From Christensenellales bacterium (GTDB lineage: Bacteria > Bacillota > Clostridia > Christensenellales > UBA3700), in contig JBJETR010000072.1 of NCBI GenBank assembly GCA_051883415.1, positions 8,506-72,505 on the forward strand: DNA of 64,000 bases, given 5' to 3'. The notes beneath the pieces were generated by a model. The model saw only the letters and a program-made list of their open reading frames with translations, did not search any database and was not told where the DNA came from. Below are positions 10,534 through 20,512 of the stretch, piece by piece; position 1 is the stretch's first letter; each line of letters opens with the position of its first letter. The position numbers were made by a program, and so were the translations under genes.

Positions 10534-11415
10534 TTATTTGATTTCTTTGACGGGATGTAGCTCGATATATCCTCGCTTGCCTATCGGCTCCAACTGAATG
10601 GTTGGATTGCTCTCGTCCCACGTATATCCCAGCACGGCGGGATTGTAATTTTTTTGTGCCGTCATTACCTCTTCTATTGCACTCTCGTAATCCTCTTCTT
10701 CAAAAGGTTGGGATACGAACATCAAATACTTAGCTTTTGGCAAATCTATCACGTCATAGCCGTCGGGTACTATGCCGTCGTAGTTTTCATCCACCTCCAC
10801 GCCTTGTACGTATTCGCCCGTATTCTCCTCGATATACCTCTTAGGCAGCCACATACATACGGGCTCACCGCATATCGACTTGATAGAGGTCAACACTCCC
10901 CACACCTCACAGCCTACCTCTTGACAATAGCCAAAGTATTCGGTTGCCGATTTGCTTCTTTTGATTATAGCCTTTCTCGTCGGTCTTTCCACTTCCGACA
11001 CAAACACGCATTTTACGTCTTGCATACTCTCTTTGCTCCTTTCGTTCTTTTTGTATTTTACTCCGTAAGGAACAAACAAACTCAGCGGAATAGGGTTTTT
11101 TGCGTAGTCTTTCGGGTTCTTCCCAAACTCGCGCGCAAAAGCTCGGGTATAGCCGTCAACACTTCCAAAGCCCTCTTCCATAGCCACGTCGATAATTTTG
11201 TAGTCGCTATCTCTCAGCCTCAACGCCGACTTTTTGAGCCTAAGTCTACGGATATAGTGCGACGGCGTATAGCCCGTGTATCGCTCGAATAACCGCACGG
11301 CTTGTCTAGGCGAAAAGTTGGCTACTTTGGCAAGTTGCTCGATAGTAATCTCATGAGACAAATTTTGCTCGATATAATCTTGCATACGTTGTACCGCTTC
11401 GACGTGTTGTTGCAT
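10534..11415 (-). CDS. AraC-family transcriptional regulator with effector-binding C-terminus
   Basis: N-terminal double HTH (YIRRLRL...GFGSVDGYTRAFAREFG); GyrI-like C-terminal region. Confidence 0.9.
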   Translation of the reverse strand: MQQHVEAVQRMQDYIEQNLSHEITIEQLAKVANFSPRQAVRLFERYTGYTPSHYIRRLRLKKSALRLRDSDYKIIDVAMEEGFGSVDGYTRAFAREFGKNPKDYAKNPIPLSLFVPYGVKYKKNERSKESMQDVKCVFVSEVERPTRKAIIKRSKSATEYFGYCQEVGCEVWGVLTSIKSICGEPVCMWLPKRYIEENTGEYVQGVEVDENYDGIVPDGYDVIDLPKAKYLMFVSQPFEEEDYESAIEEVMTAQKNYNPAVLGYTWDESNPTIQLEPIGKRGYIELHPVKEIK

Positions 11416-11481
11416 TTATCGCTCCTTACGCTAAGATAATAGCATTATCGTTGCAAGCGTTTCTCGACTTTTTTTGCCAAC

Positions 11482-12090
11482 TTATTCTAATTGACCTTCT
11501 CGCTTTTCTTTCACCTTAGGCGCAAAGCACTTGTCGAACTCGTCCACTTCGCTCTCTTCCACCATATATACGGCAGGATCGCTGTATACACCCCTAATGC
11601 TTTGAGCTTTTTGCTCGTCTAAGATTTTACACATAAAAAACGGCGTTTCCATATCGTCCGGCACTCCCTCGTAGGTTATGCCGTACTTGTCTGCGCTATC
11701 GAAGCCGAAACGGTGATACAAATCGGGATTGCCGGTGATGAGCACCATTGCGTATCCCATTTGCTTAGCCATATCGCAAGTCAACTCAATCAGCTTTCTT
11801 GCGTAGCCCTTTCCTTGATAAGACGGCAACACCGACAACGGTCCGAATATCGCCACGGTATGATTTATCTCGCCCTCTTTGACGGTAGCTTTTGCCCAAA
11901 CTATCTGAGCAACTATTTCGCCGTTTTCCTCTATCACGTAGTCAAGCTCGGGGATAAAACAAGCGTCGTCTCTCATCTTGTTGATAACCAAGTGTTCGAA
12001 GCACCCCGGTCTATACACGTTCCAAAAAGCCTCTCTTACGAGGTTTTCGGTCTTTCTATAATCTTCTTTTCTCTCTTTTCTTATTATCAT
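11482..12090 (-). CDS. GNAT N-acetyltransferase (YhbS-like)
   Basis: GPLSVLPSYQGKGYARKLI acetyl-CoA motif A; GNPDLYHRFGF. Confidence 0.88.
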   Translation of the reverse strand: MIIRKERKEDYRKTENLVREAFWNVYRPGCFEHLVINKMRDDACFIPELDYVIEENGEIVAQIVWAKATVKEGEINHTVAIFGPLSVLPSYQGKGYARKLIELTCDMAKQMGYAMVLITGNPDLYHRFGFDSADKYGITYEGVPDDMETPFFMCKILDEQKAQSIRGVYSDPAVYMVEESEVDEFDKCFAPKVKEKREGQLE

Positions 12091-12169
12091 TTTTTCTTCC
12101 TTTTTTAGATTTTTGTCGATATGTATCGACTTTTTAAATTGTTAGCGGGAATATTCCATTCCCGCTACG

Positions 12170-13360
12170 TTAGATTAGTCCCATTCTCTTGGCTAATTTT
12201 TCAAATTGAGCCATAGACCTTACCACCGTATCCTTAGATACGCAATATGCTATCCTTACGTACCCCTTGCAGCCAAAGCTACTGCCCGGCACCAGCAATA
12301 GGTTGTACTCTTTAGCTATACTGCAAAACTCCTTGTCATCTTCGATAGGCGACTTGACGAATAGATAAAAAGCTCCTTGTGGGTTGACGTATTCGAAGCC
12401 AAGTTTTTTCAATCCCTCGGTCAGCAAATTCTTATTGTCGACGTAAGGCTTGATATCGCATATATCTTCCACGCATCTCTCCACAAGTTTTTGTTGTAAA
12501 GACGGCGCATTGACGTAGCCGAGTATGCGTGTTGCTACGTTGCAAGAAGCAATCAATTCTTCAAAGTCGGCGCAAGTATCGGGAATAAGCAGATAGCCTA
12601 TTCTTTCCCCAGGCAAAGACAGTGATTTGCTATACGAATATCCCACGATAGTATTGTCGTACAGCGACGGCAAAAACTCAACCTTTGCGTCATCGTACAC
12701 AATCTCTCTATAAGGCTCGTCGCTGATGAGATAGATAGCATTGCCCCACTTCTTTTGCGCTCTATCGAGAGTCGAGGCTAGCTTTGTCAAAAATTCCTTG
12801 TCATACACCACGCCCGTAGGGTTGTTGGGAGAATTGACAATGACGGCTTTTGTCTTGCTAGTCAACAGTCGTTCCGTCACTTCAAGGTCCGGCAAAAAGC
12901 TTGGCGAATTGGCAGGCACCTCGACGATTTTTCCGCCGTAGTTGTCGATATAATTGCGATACTCTCCAAAGTAGGGACAAAATACCAATACTTCGTCGCC
13001 TTCGTTGAGCAAGCTCTTGAGCACAACGTTTAGTCCGCCTGCCGCTCCCACGGTCATCACCACGTTGTTTTCGTTGTACGCCGTACCGTACCGCTTGTTA
13101 AAGTAATTAGCAACGACATTGCGGGTAGTAGAAAAACCGCTATTATTCATATAGCCGTGCAACTCTATCTCGCTCACCTCGTCGACGATATCCTTGATAT
13201 GTTGATTGACGCTTTGCGGTGGCTTGACGCTTGGATTGCCTAGCGAAAAGTCGAACACGTTTTCTTTGCCGTATATTTCGGCAAGTCTTTTACCTTCTTC
13301 AAACATCTCTCTGATTGCCGAACTAGTTGCAATCATCTTCTTCATTTTTTGCGAAATCAT
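12170..13360 (-). CDS. PLP-dependent class I/II aminotransferase (aspartate aminotransferase-like)
   Basis: NSPNNPTG, SDEPY, SYSKSLSLPGERIG (PLP lysine). Confidence 0.92.
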   Translation of the reverse strand: MISQKMKKMIATSSAIREMFEEGKRLAEIYGKENVFDFSLGNPSVKPPQSVNQHIKDIVDEVSEIELHGYMNNSGFSTTRNVVANYFNKRYGTAYNENNVVMTVGAAGGLNVVLKSLLNEGDEVLVFCPYFGEYRNYIDNYGGKIVEVPANSPSFLPDLEVTERLLTSKTKAVIVNSPNNPTGVVYDKEFLTKLASTLDRAQKKWGNAIYLISDEPYREIVYDDAKVEFLPSLYDNTIVGYSYSKSLSLPGERIGYLLIPDTCADFEELIASCNVATRILGYVNAPSLQQKLVERCVEDICDIKPYVDNKNLLTEGLKKLGFEYVNPQGAFYLFVKSPIEDDKEFCSIAKEYNLLLVPGSSFGCKGYVRIAYCVSKDTVVRSMAQFEKLAKRMGLI

Positions 13361-13365
13361 ACTTC

Positions 13366-13860
13366 TTAAGCCTCATTCCCAATTCTATATCTCCAAGCTT
13401 CAATCTTTATCTCAAAGCCGTTGTCGGTATAGGATAGCTGTATTTTTTCCACTGCATTATCTTCCGCATTGACGTCTACAATGACTTTGACGTTTAGCCC
13501 CTCTTTACCCAGCGCCAATTGAGAATCTCTAATAACTCCTTCGAAGCGATAGCCCTTGTCGGTCTTGATGTATTCGCCGTCAAGATTGCTCGTTTTCCAA
13601 TTGAGTGCCAAGTCGTCCTGTCGAGCCGTCACGTCCAAGTCGAGGGGGTTATAAATAACGCCGTCAATCTCGCTATACACGACTTGCTTGTCTTGCATAA
13701 CTATAGTATCTATCCTTACAAAAGATCCTTGCTCTAAGTTGTCTAATGCACTTTGCGTAGTTCTCCAATCCTTAGTCACCTCGAAGGTCAGTGCCGAAGT
13801 CGCCACCAATATAGCTATGACAAGGAGAAAAAATAATAACAATCTACCGTTAAATTTCAT
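13366..13860 (-). CDS. Exported or membrane-anchored hypothetical protein
   Basis: N-terminal hydrophobic helix; overlaps the upstream gene stop; GGAAG RBS. Confidence 0.7.
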   Translation of the reverse strand: MKFNGRLLLFFLLVIAILVATSALTFEVTKDWRTTQSALDNLEQGSFVRIDTIVMQDKQVVYSEIDGVIYNPLDLDVTARQDDLALNWKTSNLDGEYIKTDKGYRFEGVIRDSQLALGKEGLNVKVIVDVNAEDNAVEKIQLSYTDNGFEIKIEAWRYRIGNEA

Positions 13861-15724
13861 CTTTCTTCCTCCTCGCTATCGTCAGTCCCAGCACGCCGAG
13901 TGCACCAATTGCTCCCACGGCATATTTGACAATAATCGCCCCCGACAAGGACATTGCTTGCTCCGTAACTTCTTGAGCCAACTCTTTGTACTCGACATAC
14001 GCATCTCTCACTTGGTTGAGATACTGCATATCGACGTTTTCCTCAAGGCTACCCTCGGCAACGTACGTCAAGCATCTCTCAATTTCTCTATATTTAGACA
14101 CGTCCTTAAATGAAAACCCTTCAATATCCACGTCCTTCATCATCTGGTCGAATAGTTCTGCGTCAAAGCCCGTTCGTACCGTCTTTGTCAATATCTTTTG
14201 TTTGTAGTTGCGACTCTCTGCGAGCTTTGCCATAACCTGATATTCTTGCATAGGTCTACCTTCCAGCTCGTTGCTTGATTGCCAAGTTGTTCCGCCAAGA
14301 CTAAAGCTAACTTCTATTCCTCCAAAGTCGGTCTCGATAACGATAATCTTTTTGTCGTAGAGACGTACTTCAAAGTCGTCTATCGCATATTCCGCCTGTT
14401 CGATATTGATATACGCCTTGCTTCTGTCCATCACGAACTCGTAGTTGTCTTTATCCGTGCCACCGAACGTGCAATCCAACGAATATCTACCTGCGTTGAT
14501 AGGCAAATCAATCTCGCCGTCAATCTCATCGTAATATCTCACGTTCACACTCACGTCATCGCCGTCCACTACGCCCGTCATCACTGCCTCGGCGGTATGG
14601 GTGTTGCCGTCGTATACGACTTGATTGTCTACCACCCAATCCACGTCGACGGTCTTTTTGACGATATTGACGGTCTTATTGGTAGGGATATAATAGTTAG
14701 GGTTGTCGCAAATCATAGATAACACATACTCGCCCACCGTAACCATTTTATCAACCACTTGTCCGCCTTTGGTGATGACCAAAGTACATTCGCCGCTATC
14801 GCGCTCGCCGTTAGCGGTATTATACAACCAACCTGTTACCTCTGGTTGTGTCTGCCAATCGGTGCGGTTGTAAGTCAGCTCGCTTGGCAAGACGTAATCA
14901 ACATTAAGAGGTGCTCGAGATATAGTAAATTCCCCTGTAAATTCTTCTTGATTAAAAATATAGTTTTTGTTTTCGGCGAAATGTAATATCACTTTATAGC
15001 TACCCGCGTTGATAGGTTTTTCGTCTGCCGGCATATCCACCCATTCCCCGTTTTGCTCTACTTGATACGACGTATTATACATATCTTTGTCACCAAAAGA
15101 GACGTCAGGCTCAGCTTTTACCTTGACTTCGTGACTCATTCCGTTATAAGTCTTATTATTGGCACTTGTATCGTAGATAGTAATCTCAAACGGCGTTATT
15201 TCGAATTGCTTGGTAGCATTGCTCTCCGCCACGTAATAAGTATCGCTCTCCACCTCGATTTTGACGGTATACTTACCTACGTTGCAAGGTGCCATACCGT
15301 TTTCCTTTGTTATTTCTTTTGTCCACGTTGAGTTGTCGTAAGTAACCCTGTAGCCCATGTCTACGCCATTCTCATCCTCAAAAGTGAGTACGTACTTAAC
15401 GTTGGCGTTAGCATACGGCTCTTCCCATTTGACAAAATAATTGTACCAATTAGGGCGGATAACACCATGATACGTAATGCTTGTATTCCCGTCCAAATGA
15501 AACTCCAAAGGTTCATCTGTACTACTCACAAGTCCTGCCCAAAAGGTCGGCACTATCTCTATAGTCGGTGTTGAAGTATTGACAACCTTTACGCTTGATT
15601 GTATGTCGGTCGTTTGCTGTCCTTCGTCCATTGCCCCATTGCCCAAACAAAGGACGGCAACCCCCACAAGCGCAACTGCCGTCAACAATATCATTATCAA
15701 TATTTTTGTCCTAACTTTTATCAT
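13850..15724 (-). CDS. Surface protein with MBG/Ig-like repeats and C-terminal TM anchor
   Basis: Repeated TYNG...P.NAG.Y.V units, signal peptide, C-terminal TM followed by RRKK. Confidence 0.8.
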   Translation of the reverse strand: MIKVRTKILIMILLTAVALVGVAVLCLGNGAMDEGQQTTDIQSSVKVVNTSTPTIEIVPTFWAGLVSSTDEPLEFHLDGNTSITYHGVIRPNWYNYFVKWEEPYANANVKYVLTFEDENGVDMGYRVTYDNSTWTKEITKENGMAPCNVGKYTVKIEVESDTYYVAESNATKQFEITPFEITIYDTSANNKTYNGMSHEVKVKAEPDVSFGDKDMYNTSYQVEQNGEWVDMPADEKPINAGSYKVILHFAENKNYIFNQEEFTGEFTISRAPLNVDYVLPSELTYNRTDWQTQPEVTGWLYNTANGERDSGECTLVITKGGQVVDKMVTVGEYVLSMICDNPNYYIPTNKTVNIVKKTVDVDWVVDNQVVYDGNTHTAEAVMTGVVDGDDVSVNVRYYDEIDGEIDLPINAGRYSLDCTFGGTDKDNYEFVMDRSKAYINIEQAEYAIDDFEVRLYDKKIIVIETDFGGIEVSFSLGGTTWQSSNELEGRPMQEYQVMAKLAESRNYKQKILTKTVRTGFDAELFDQMMKDVDIEGFSFKDVSKYREIERCLTYVAEGSLEENVDMQYLNQVRDAYVEYKELAQEVTEQAMSLSGAIIVKYAVGAIGALGVLGLTIARRKKDEI

Positions 15725-15861
15725 AAGAATATTATATATATTATTTGTCCGAGTGTCAAGGTCAACTTATCTACGTCGAGCGTCAAGTTTTTGCAAATTT
15801 TTTGTCGTCCACAATCGGATTATATACCGTCAAACCCGATGACTCTTGCGACGTTTTACCG

Positions 15862-16818
15862 TCAATACACGCAATTGACGACTTTCCCTTCCAAAAATTT
15901 CTTAACGTTGTCGCAAGCAATGCTTAGGCATCTTTGCCTTGCACTCACGCTTGCCCAAGCAATGTGAGGAGTAATTATCGCCTTAGAGTGGCTTAGCAAT
16001 CTATTATCTTTTGACGGTGGCTCACTAGCGGCAACGTCCGCCGCATATCCTGCCAATTTTCCGCTATCGAGTGCGTCCGCAATAGCTTCTTCGTCCACCA
16101 AGCCTCCTCTTGCGGTATTGATGACAATGACACCGTCCTTCATCTTATCTATAGCTTGCTTGTCTATCATCTTTGCGTTGTCTGTGCCAAGTGGACAATG
16201 TAGACTTATCACGTCGCAATTTTCCATTATCCAATCGAGCCCCCTATACTCTGCGTTGTCATCAACCATGCCTTTGCGATTGTAGCCGTAGACCTTCATA
16301 CCCAGCGCACTCGCAATCTTGGCAACGCAAGCTCCAATCGAACCGTAACCAATCAGCCCTATGCTTTTACCGTCCAGCTCCTCTATGCTTTGCACTGTGT
16401 AGCAAAAATCGGGGCACTCTGCCCATTGACCATCCTTGACCGACCTATCGTGTTTACCCACGCCCATACACAACTCCAGCAACAGTGCAATCGTCAATTG
16501 CGCTACCGAAGCAGAGGAATACTTAGGTACGTTACACACGGGTATATTGCGACTTTTGGCGTATCGCACGTCCACCACGTCGTAGCCCGTGGATAGCAAA
16601 CCAATATACTTCAAATTGACAAATTTTGAGAGCAACTCTCTATCGAGTTTTACCTTGTTGTCAAGTATAATATCGGCGTCCTTAGCTCTCTCTATTGCCT
16701 CTTCTCGACTACTGCGAGCATAGACGGTCACTTCACCCAACTTTTCCAATTCTTCCCAGCTCAAATCTCCCGGGTTGACGGCGTTGCCGTCCAAAACGAC
16801 TATCTTTGTTTTTTGCAT
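15862..16818 (-). CDS. D-2-hydroxyacid dehydrogenase (glycerate dehydrogenase-like)
   Basis: GLIGYGSIG, SLHCP, INTARGG, TPHIAW. Confidence 0.92.
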   Translation of the reverse strand: MQKTKIVVLDGNAVNPGDLSWEELEKLGEVTVYARSSREEAIERAKDADIILDNKVKLDRELLSKFVNLKYIGLLSTGYDVVDVRYAKSRNIPVCNVPKYSSASVAQLTIALLLELCMGVGKHDRSVKDGQWAECPDFCYTVQSIEELDGKSIGLIGYGSIGACVAKIASALGMKVYGYNRKGMVDDNAEYRGLDWIMENCDVISLHCPLGTDNAKMIDKQAIDKMKDGVIVINTARGGLVDEEAIADALDSGKLAGYAADVAASEPPSKDNRLLSHSKAIITPHIAWASVSARQRCLSIACDNVKKFLEGKVVNCVY

Positions 16819-16854
16819 ATCAATTCCTCATTTTTGCTCATATGTATCGACTTT

Positions 16855-18231
16855 TTAGCACTTTATGTCTTTTCGAAGACCTTTTGGATAGTGGTTTTTG
16901 GCTTGCACCCCGTCCCCCTTGCACCACCCGCAAGGATATCCGTCTACACACACGAGTCCCCAGCCTCTGAAGTCGCATTCTAGAGTCTCTCCGACGTAAT
17001 ACTTTTCGACTAACCCGTCGGACTCGGCGGTGTCTATTATTCTCTTGGCGTCCTTGGCACTCAAGTGCATTGCAAGCGAATGTGACGGCTCAAATCTATC
17101 CTTCTTTATTTCCCCAAGATGCAGTCCGCATCTAAGCACTCTCACGCCCTTAAGATTAGGCGACGGGTGTGGAAGGTAGTATAGATTATCTCCAAAAACC
17201 ACGTTAGGCGAGAGCGTTACGTTGAGATTTTCCTTTTGCCACTTGTCGAAAATCTTTATCATAGCAGCGGGCACTTTGACGGGCTTTTCACTCGCTGCGC
17301 TATCGCTCATGCCCGCCTTTTGCATTACGCAAAAGAAGTGTCCCTCACCCTTGTATCTGTGAGGAAAAACCCTTTGTGCCATAGCTATGCTGTCATATCC
17401 TTTTTCGGTATTGTCTACCTTACAATCGTCAAATCTCACGCAAGGCTCTACGATAGACATGTCGCCGTGCCTATCCAAAAATCTCTCTATCGTCCTTTCG
17501 TTTTCTTCCACTTCGAATGTGCAAGTGGAATATATCATCTTGCCGCCCTTTTTGAGCATCTTATAGGCGCTATCAAGAATGAGTGCTTGCCTTTGCGCAC
17601 ATATAGCGGGACTTTGCTCGTTCCACTCGGCAACGGCTTGTGGATTTTTCCTAAACATTCCCTCGCCCGAGCAAGGAGCGTCGACGACTATCTTGTCAAA
17701 AAATTCTTGCCACCTATCTTGCAACTCGTCGGGAGAATTGTTGGTTACAATAGCTCTTGCTATGCCCATTCTCTCAATATTTTGCGAGAGAATTTTGGCT
17801 CTGGACGGCACTATTTCGTTGGCGATGAGCAGCCCCGTGTCGCCCAACTTGCAAGCAATATGCGTAGCCTTTCCCCCGGGTGCGGAACACAGGTCGAGCA
17901 CAACGTCGCCCTCTTGCACTCCGAGTGCTTCCACCACACTCATTGCGCTCGCCTCTTGGATATAATACAATCCCGCCTCGTGATATGGGTGTTTTCCCGG
18001 TCTTAGGTAGTCGTTATAATAATATCCGCTGTCGCACCAATCTACGGGTTGCAAATTCCCGCCCAAGAGTTCTTCCGCTCTTTTAGGCGAAAGCTTGAGT
18101 GTGTTGACTCTCAAAGATTGGCGAGGCTCGTCGTCAAGGCTTTCTTCAAACGATGGGTACTGCTCGCCGAGCAGTAGCTTCATATTGGCTAAAAATCTAC
18201 TTGGCAAGTTGTCGTGGTATTTCTTTTCCAT
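16855..18231 (-). CDS. rsmF: RsmF/NOL1/NOP2-family rRNA m5C methyltransferase
   Basis: DLCSAPGGK, VDAPCSGEGMFRK, YSTCTF, C-terminal KNHYPKGLR. Confidence 0.88.
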   Translation of the reverse strand: MEKKYHDNLPSRFLANMKLLLGEQYPSFEESLDDEPRQSLRVNTLKLSPKRAEELLGGNLQPVDWCDSGYYYNDYLRPGKHPYHEAGLYYIQEASAMSVVEALGVQEGDVVLDLCSAPGGKATHIACKLGDTGLLIANEIVPSRAKILSQNIERMGIARAIVTNNSPDELQDRWQEFFDKIVVDAPCSGEGMFRKNPQAVAEWNEQSPAICAQRQALILDSAYKMLKKGGKMIYSTCTFEVEENERTIERFLDRHGDMSIVEPCVRFDDCKVDNTEKGYDSIAMAQRVFPHRYKGEGHFFCVMQKAGMSDSAASEKPVKVPAAMIKIFDKWQKENLNVTLSPNVVFGDNLYYLPHPSPNLKGVRVLRCGLHLGEIKKDRFEPSHSLAMHLSAKDAKRIIDTAESDGLVEKYYVGETLECDFRGWGLVCVDGYPCGWCKGDGVQAKNHYPKGLRKDIKC

Positions 18232-18448
18232 ACCGATATTATAGCATAATCGAGAACCAAAAAAAATAGTTGCATAGCTTTTTTGTAAATATTTATTGAT
18301 ATCTTATCCTAGCTTGTCCTATCCAACCCGCTAATGGTAGCTTGGCTTGAATAATAACGATATATGGTGTGCCTATTCACGTATTATAGCATACGGTCAA
18401 TGCAGCACAACGCCTATCACCTTGCACTGCATCGACTTCCGACTGCTA

Positions 18449-18817
18449 CTATCTAAATCTAGGCATTCTCATTCTTTGGTTGACGTTGTTAGCACTGCCG
18501 TTTCTGACGTTTTGCGACGATACGGTGTTGGTTTCGCCTACGCTCTCGCCCCTATTTTGATCGACAAAAGTGACGAATTTGACGTTGAAAATATCACAAA
18601 CTATGTACGCGTCAATGCTAGCTTGATACAGCACCAACGTCTTGGAGCCGACGGAATACAAAATTCCGCTCTTTGTCGTCAAATTGTTGGTCCCTACCAA
18701 AAATTCCACGATGACGTAGCTACCCGTATTCATAGACAGCACTTCTTGAAAAGAGCCACGATAGATTTCGTTGGTCAAATCGCTATCGGGCACTTGCACT
18801 TGGTTATTGTTTGGCAT
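18449..18817 (-). CDS. Hypothetical protein, probable distant GerQ/YwdL-like spore coat protein
   Basis: L..N.G...F......G.L..VG...LVL......Y......VKFVTF pattern resembles the GerQ core; lies directly downstream of the cwlJ-like gene; AAGGAG RBS. Confidence 0.55.
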   Translation of the reverse strand: MPNNNQVQVPDSDLTNEIYRGSFQEVLSMNTGSYVIVEFLVGTNNLTTKSGILYSVGSKTLVLYQASIDAYIVCDIFNVKFVTFVDQNRGESVGETNTVSSQNVRNGSANNVNQRMRMPRFR

Positions 18818-18830
18818 AATATATCTCCTT

Positions 18831-19259
18831 TTAAGTTAAATAATATGATTCGGTAGGAAAATAGAAGCAGTGGTCTCCTATTCTTATTCCAAAGACGCCG
18901 TTTTGGTTAGGAAAGTTTTCCCTACACGACGGCATATAGGGATTAAAATACCACAACGATTCCGACACGATAGGCAGTCTGCCTCCGTTCAATGCCCACT
19001 CGGCGATGTCGTAATGTATCTGTTCGGGACGCATATTATAGATGTTTTGAGGGTTGTAACTACCACCTATCGTTTCTCTTGCACAGTCAAACTGACGCGG
19101 TGCAAAGATCACGTCCTCGAGAGTATTTTGTCTGCCGTACTCGCCTTGAGTTTCTTGCAATCGATTGGCTATCACGGTAGCCACGGCTCTCATTCCGTCC
19201 TCGCCTTCTCCGCCTGCTTCGCATTGCAGTATTCTTGCCAAAAGTTCCACGTCGTCCAT
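18831..19259 (-). CDS. cwlJ: CwlJ-like spore cortex lytic enzyme (Hydrolase_2)
   Basis: LLARILQCEAGGEG (catalytic Glu), NR, SLWYFNP, HCFYFPT; no signal peptide or PG-binding domain, as in CwlJ. Confidence 0.8.
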   Translation of the reverse strand: MDDVELLARILQCEAGGEGEDGMRAVATVIANRLQETQGEYGRQNTLEDVIFAPRQFDCARETIGGSYNPQNIYNMRPEQIHYDIAEWALNGGRLPIVSESLWYFNPYMPSCRENFPNQNGVFGIRIGDHCFYFPTESYYLT

Positions 19260-19360
19260 ATTTCACCTCTTTTTCACTCTATGCTTACGTTTTATAGTTC
19301 GTTACAAAAAAATCGCCATACTTTATCGTATGACGATTTTTGTTGACACGTATTGATTTT

Positions 19361-20449
19361 TTACTTCTTTTCGTTTGCGAAGACTCTAAATAGAGGTAGA
19401 CACGCACCAAAGAATTTTTGATATGCCTCGCAATAATCTCTATCTTCTCGACTTCGTTTACAACCTCCCGCACGACAAATCCCGTACAACTTACACTTCT
19501 TGCACTTATCGGGGATATTGAATGATTGTCTTATAAACTCTATCGCCTTGTAGGTATGCGCAAGCTTGTCAAAGTCGCTGTCGTTGATATTGCCAAGCAA
19601 CCATTCGTCCAGACAGTAGAAGTCACACGGATATACGTTGCCGTTGCCCTCTACTACGAATTGGTGCGAGCAATGACCGCACACTCCGCATTGTTCTACG
19701 GGATTGCCCAGATACATATGCACCATATTGTCCAATAGTCTTACGCTGGTATAGTCGTTCCTCACATAGTCTTTGACGTATAGATTAAAGAGCCTTATAA
19801 GGAAGTTACCATACTGCTCCACCGTCATATACAATTCGCTCTCGCTCTTGTCGCCGAAAGGTCTGAGGCAAGGTATGAACTGCAAATATTTGTAACCCTG
19901 CCCCGTGAGGTAACGGTAGACGTCTTCTACGTGGTCGGCTGTCCAACCCGTTGTAACTATCAAAATATTGAAGTCTACGCCTTTGCTTTGCAATATCTCA
20001 ATGGCACTTTTGACCTTGGGGAATGTATAGTTGAGGTCTATATCCAATCTATACCTATTGGCGCTTTGGTCGCCGTCAAGACTCACGCCTAGCAAGAAGC
20101 CGTTGCGTGCAAAAAACTCAGCCCACTCTTCGTCTATCAAGGTTGCGTTGGTCTGCAAGCTATAGTATATCTTACTGCCACGCTTGTTTAGCTCTTTTAC
20201 TTTGTCTACGAAGTAGGCAAACCACTCTTTGCCCGCGAACAACGGTTCTCCGCCCTGGAAGGCAAAGTAAATACTTCCTCCGTCTGCAAAGTCAAGTGCT
20301 TTGGCGATAACGTTGTCGGTCGTCTCGGTACTCATCTTACCATAACTAAAGCTCTCTCTCGAACCTGCAAGCGAATGATAGAAGCAATACTTGCATCTTA
20401 GGTTGCACATACTTGAGGCGGGCTTGAGCATTATTGACAAATCTGGCAT
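19361..20449 (-). CDS. Anaerobic sulfatase-maturating enzyme (radical SAM/SPASM)
   Basis: KPASSMCNLRCKYCFY, FQGGEP, VYPCDF, C-terminal CxxCxxxxxCxxGC; adjacent to a sulfatase. Confidence 0.92.
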   Translation of the reverse strand: MPDLSIMLKPASSMCNLRCKYCFYHSLAGSRESFSYGKMSTETTDNVIAKALDFADGGSIYFAFQGGEPLFAGKEWFAYFVDKVKELNKRGSKIYYSLQTNATLIDEEWAEFFARNGFLLGVSLDGDQSANRYRLDIDLNYTFPKVKSAIEILQSKGVDFNILIVTTGWTADHVEDVYRYLTGQGYKYLQFIPCLRPFGDKSESELYMTVEQYGNFLIRLFNLYVKDYVRNDYTSVRLLDNMVHMYLGNPVEQCGVCGHCSHQFVVEGNGNVYPCDFYCLDEWLLGNINDSDFDKLAHTYKAIEFIRQSFNIPDKCKKCKLYGICRAGGCKRSREDRDYCEAYQKFFGACLPLFRVFANEKK

Positions 20450-20512
20450 AATTCCTCCGTCTACAAAAAACGCACTCGTCTTGAGGACGAATGCGTCTTG
20501 TCTCATTCGACG

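Noticed and set aside
18250..18440. Possible sRNA from an extended -10 (TGCTATAAT at about 18383-18391, minus strand) upstream of rsmF
   Set aside because: No convincing structure or terminator stem; it may simply be a second rsmF promoter.
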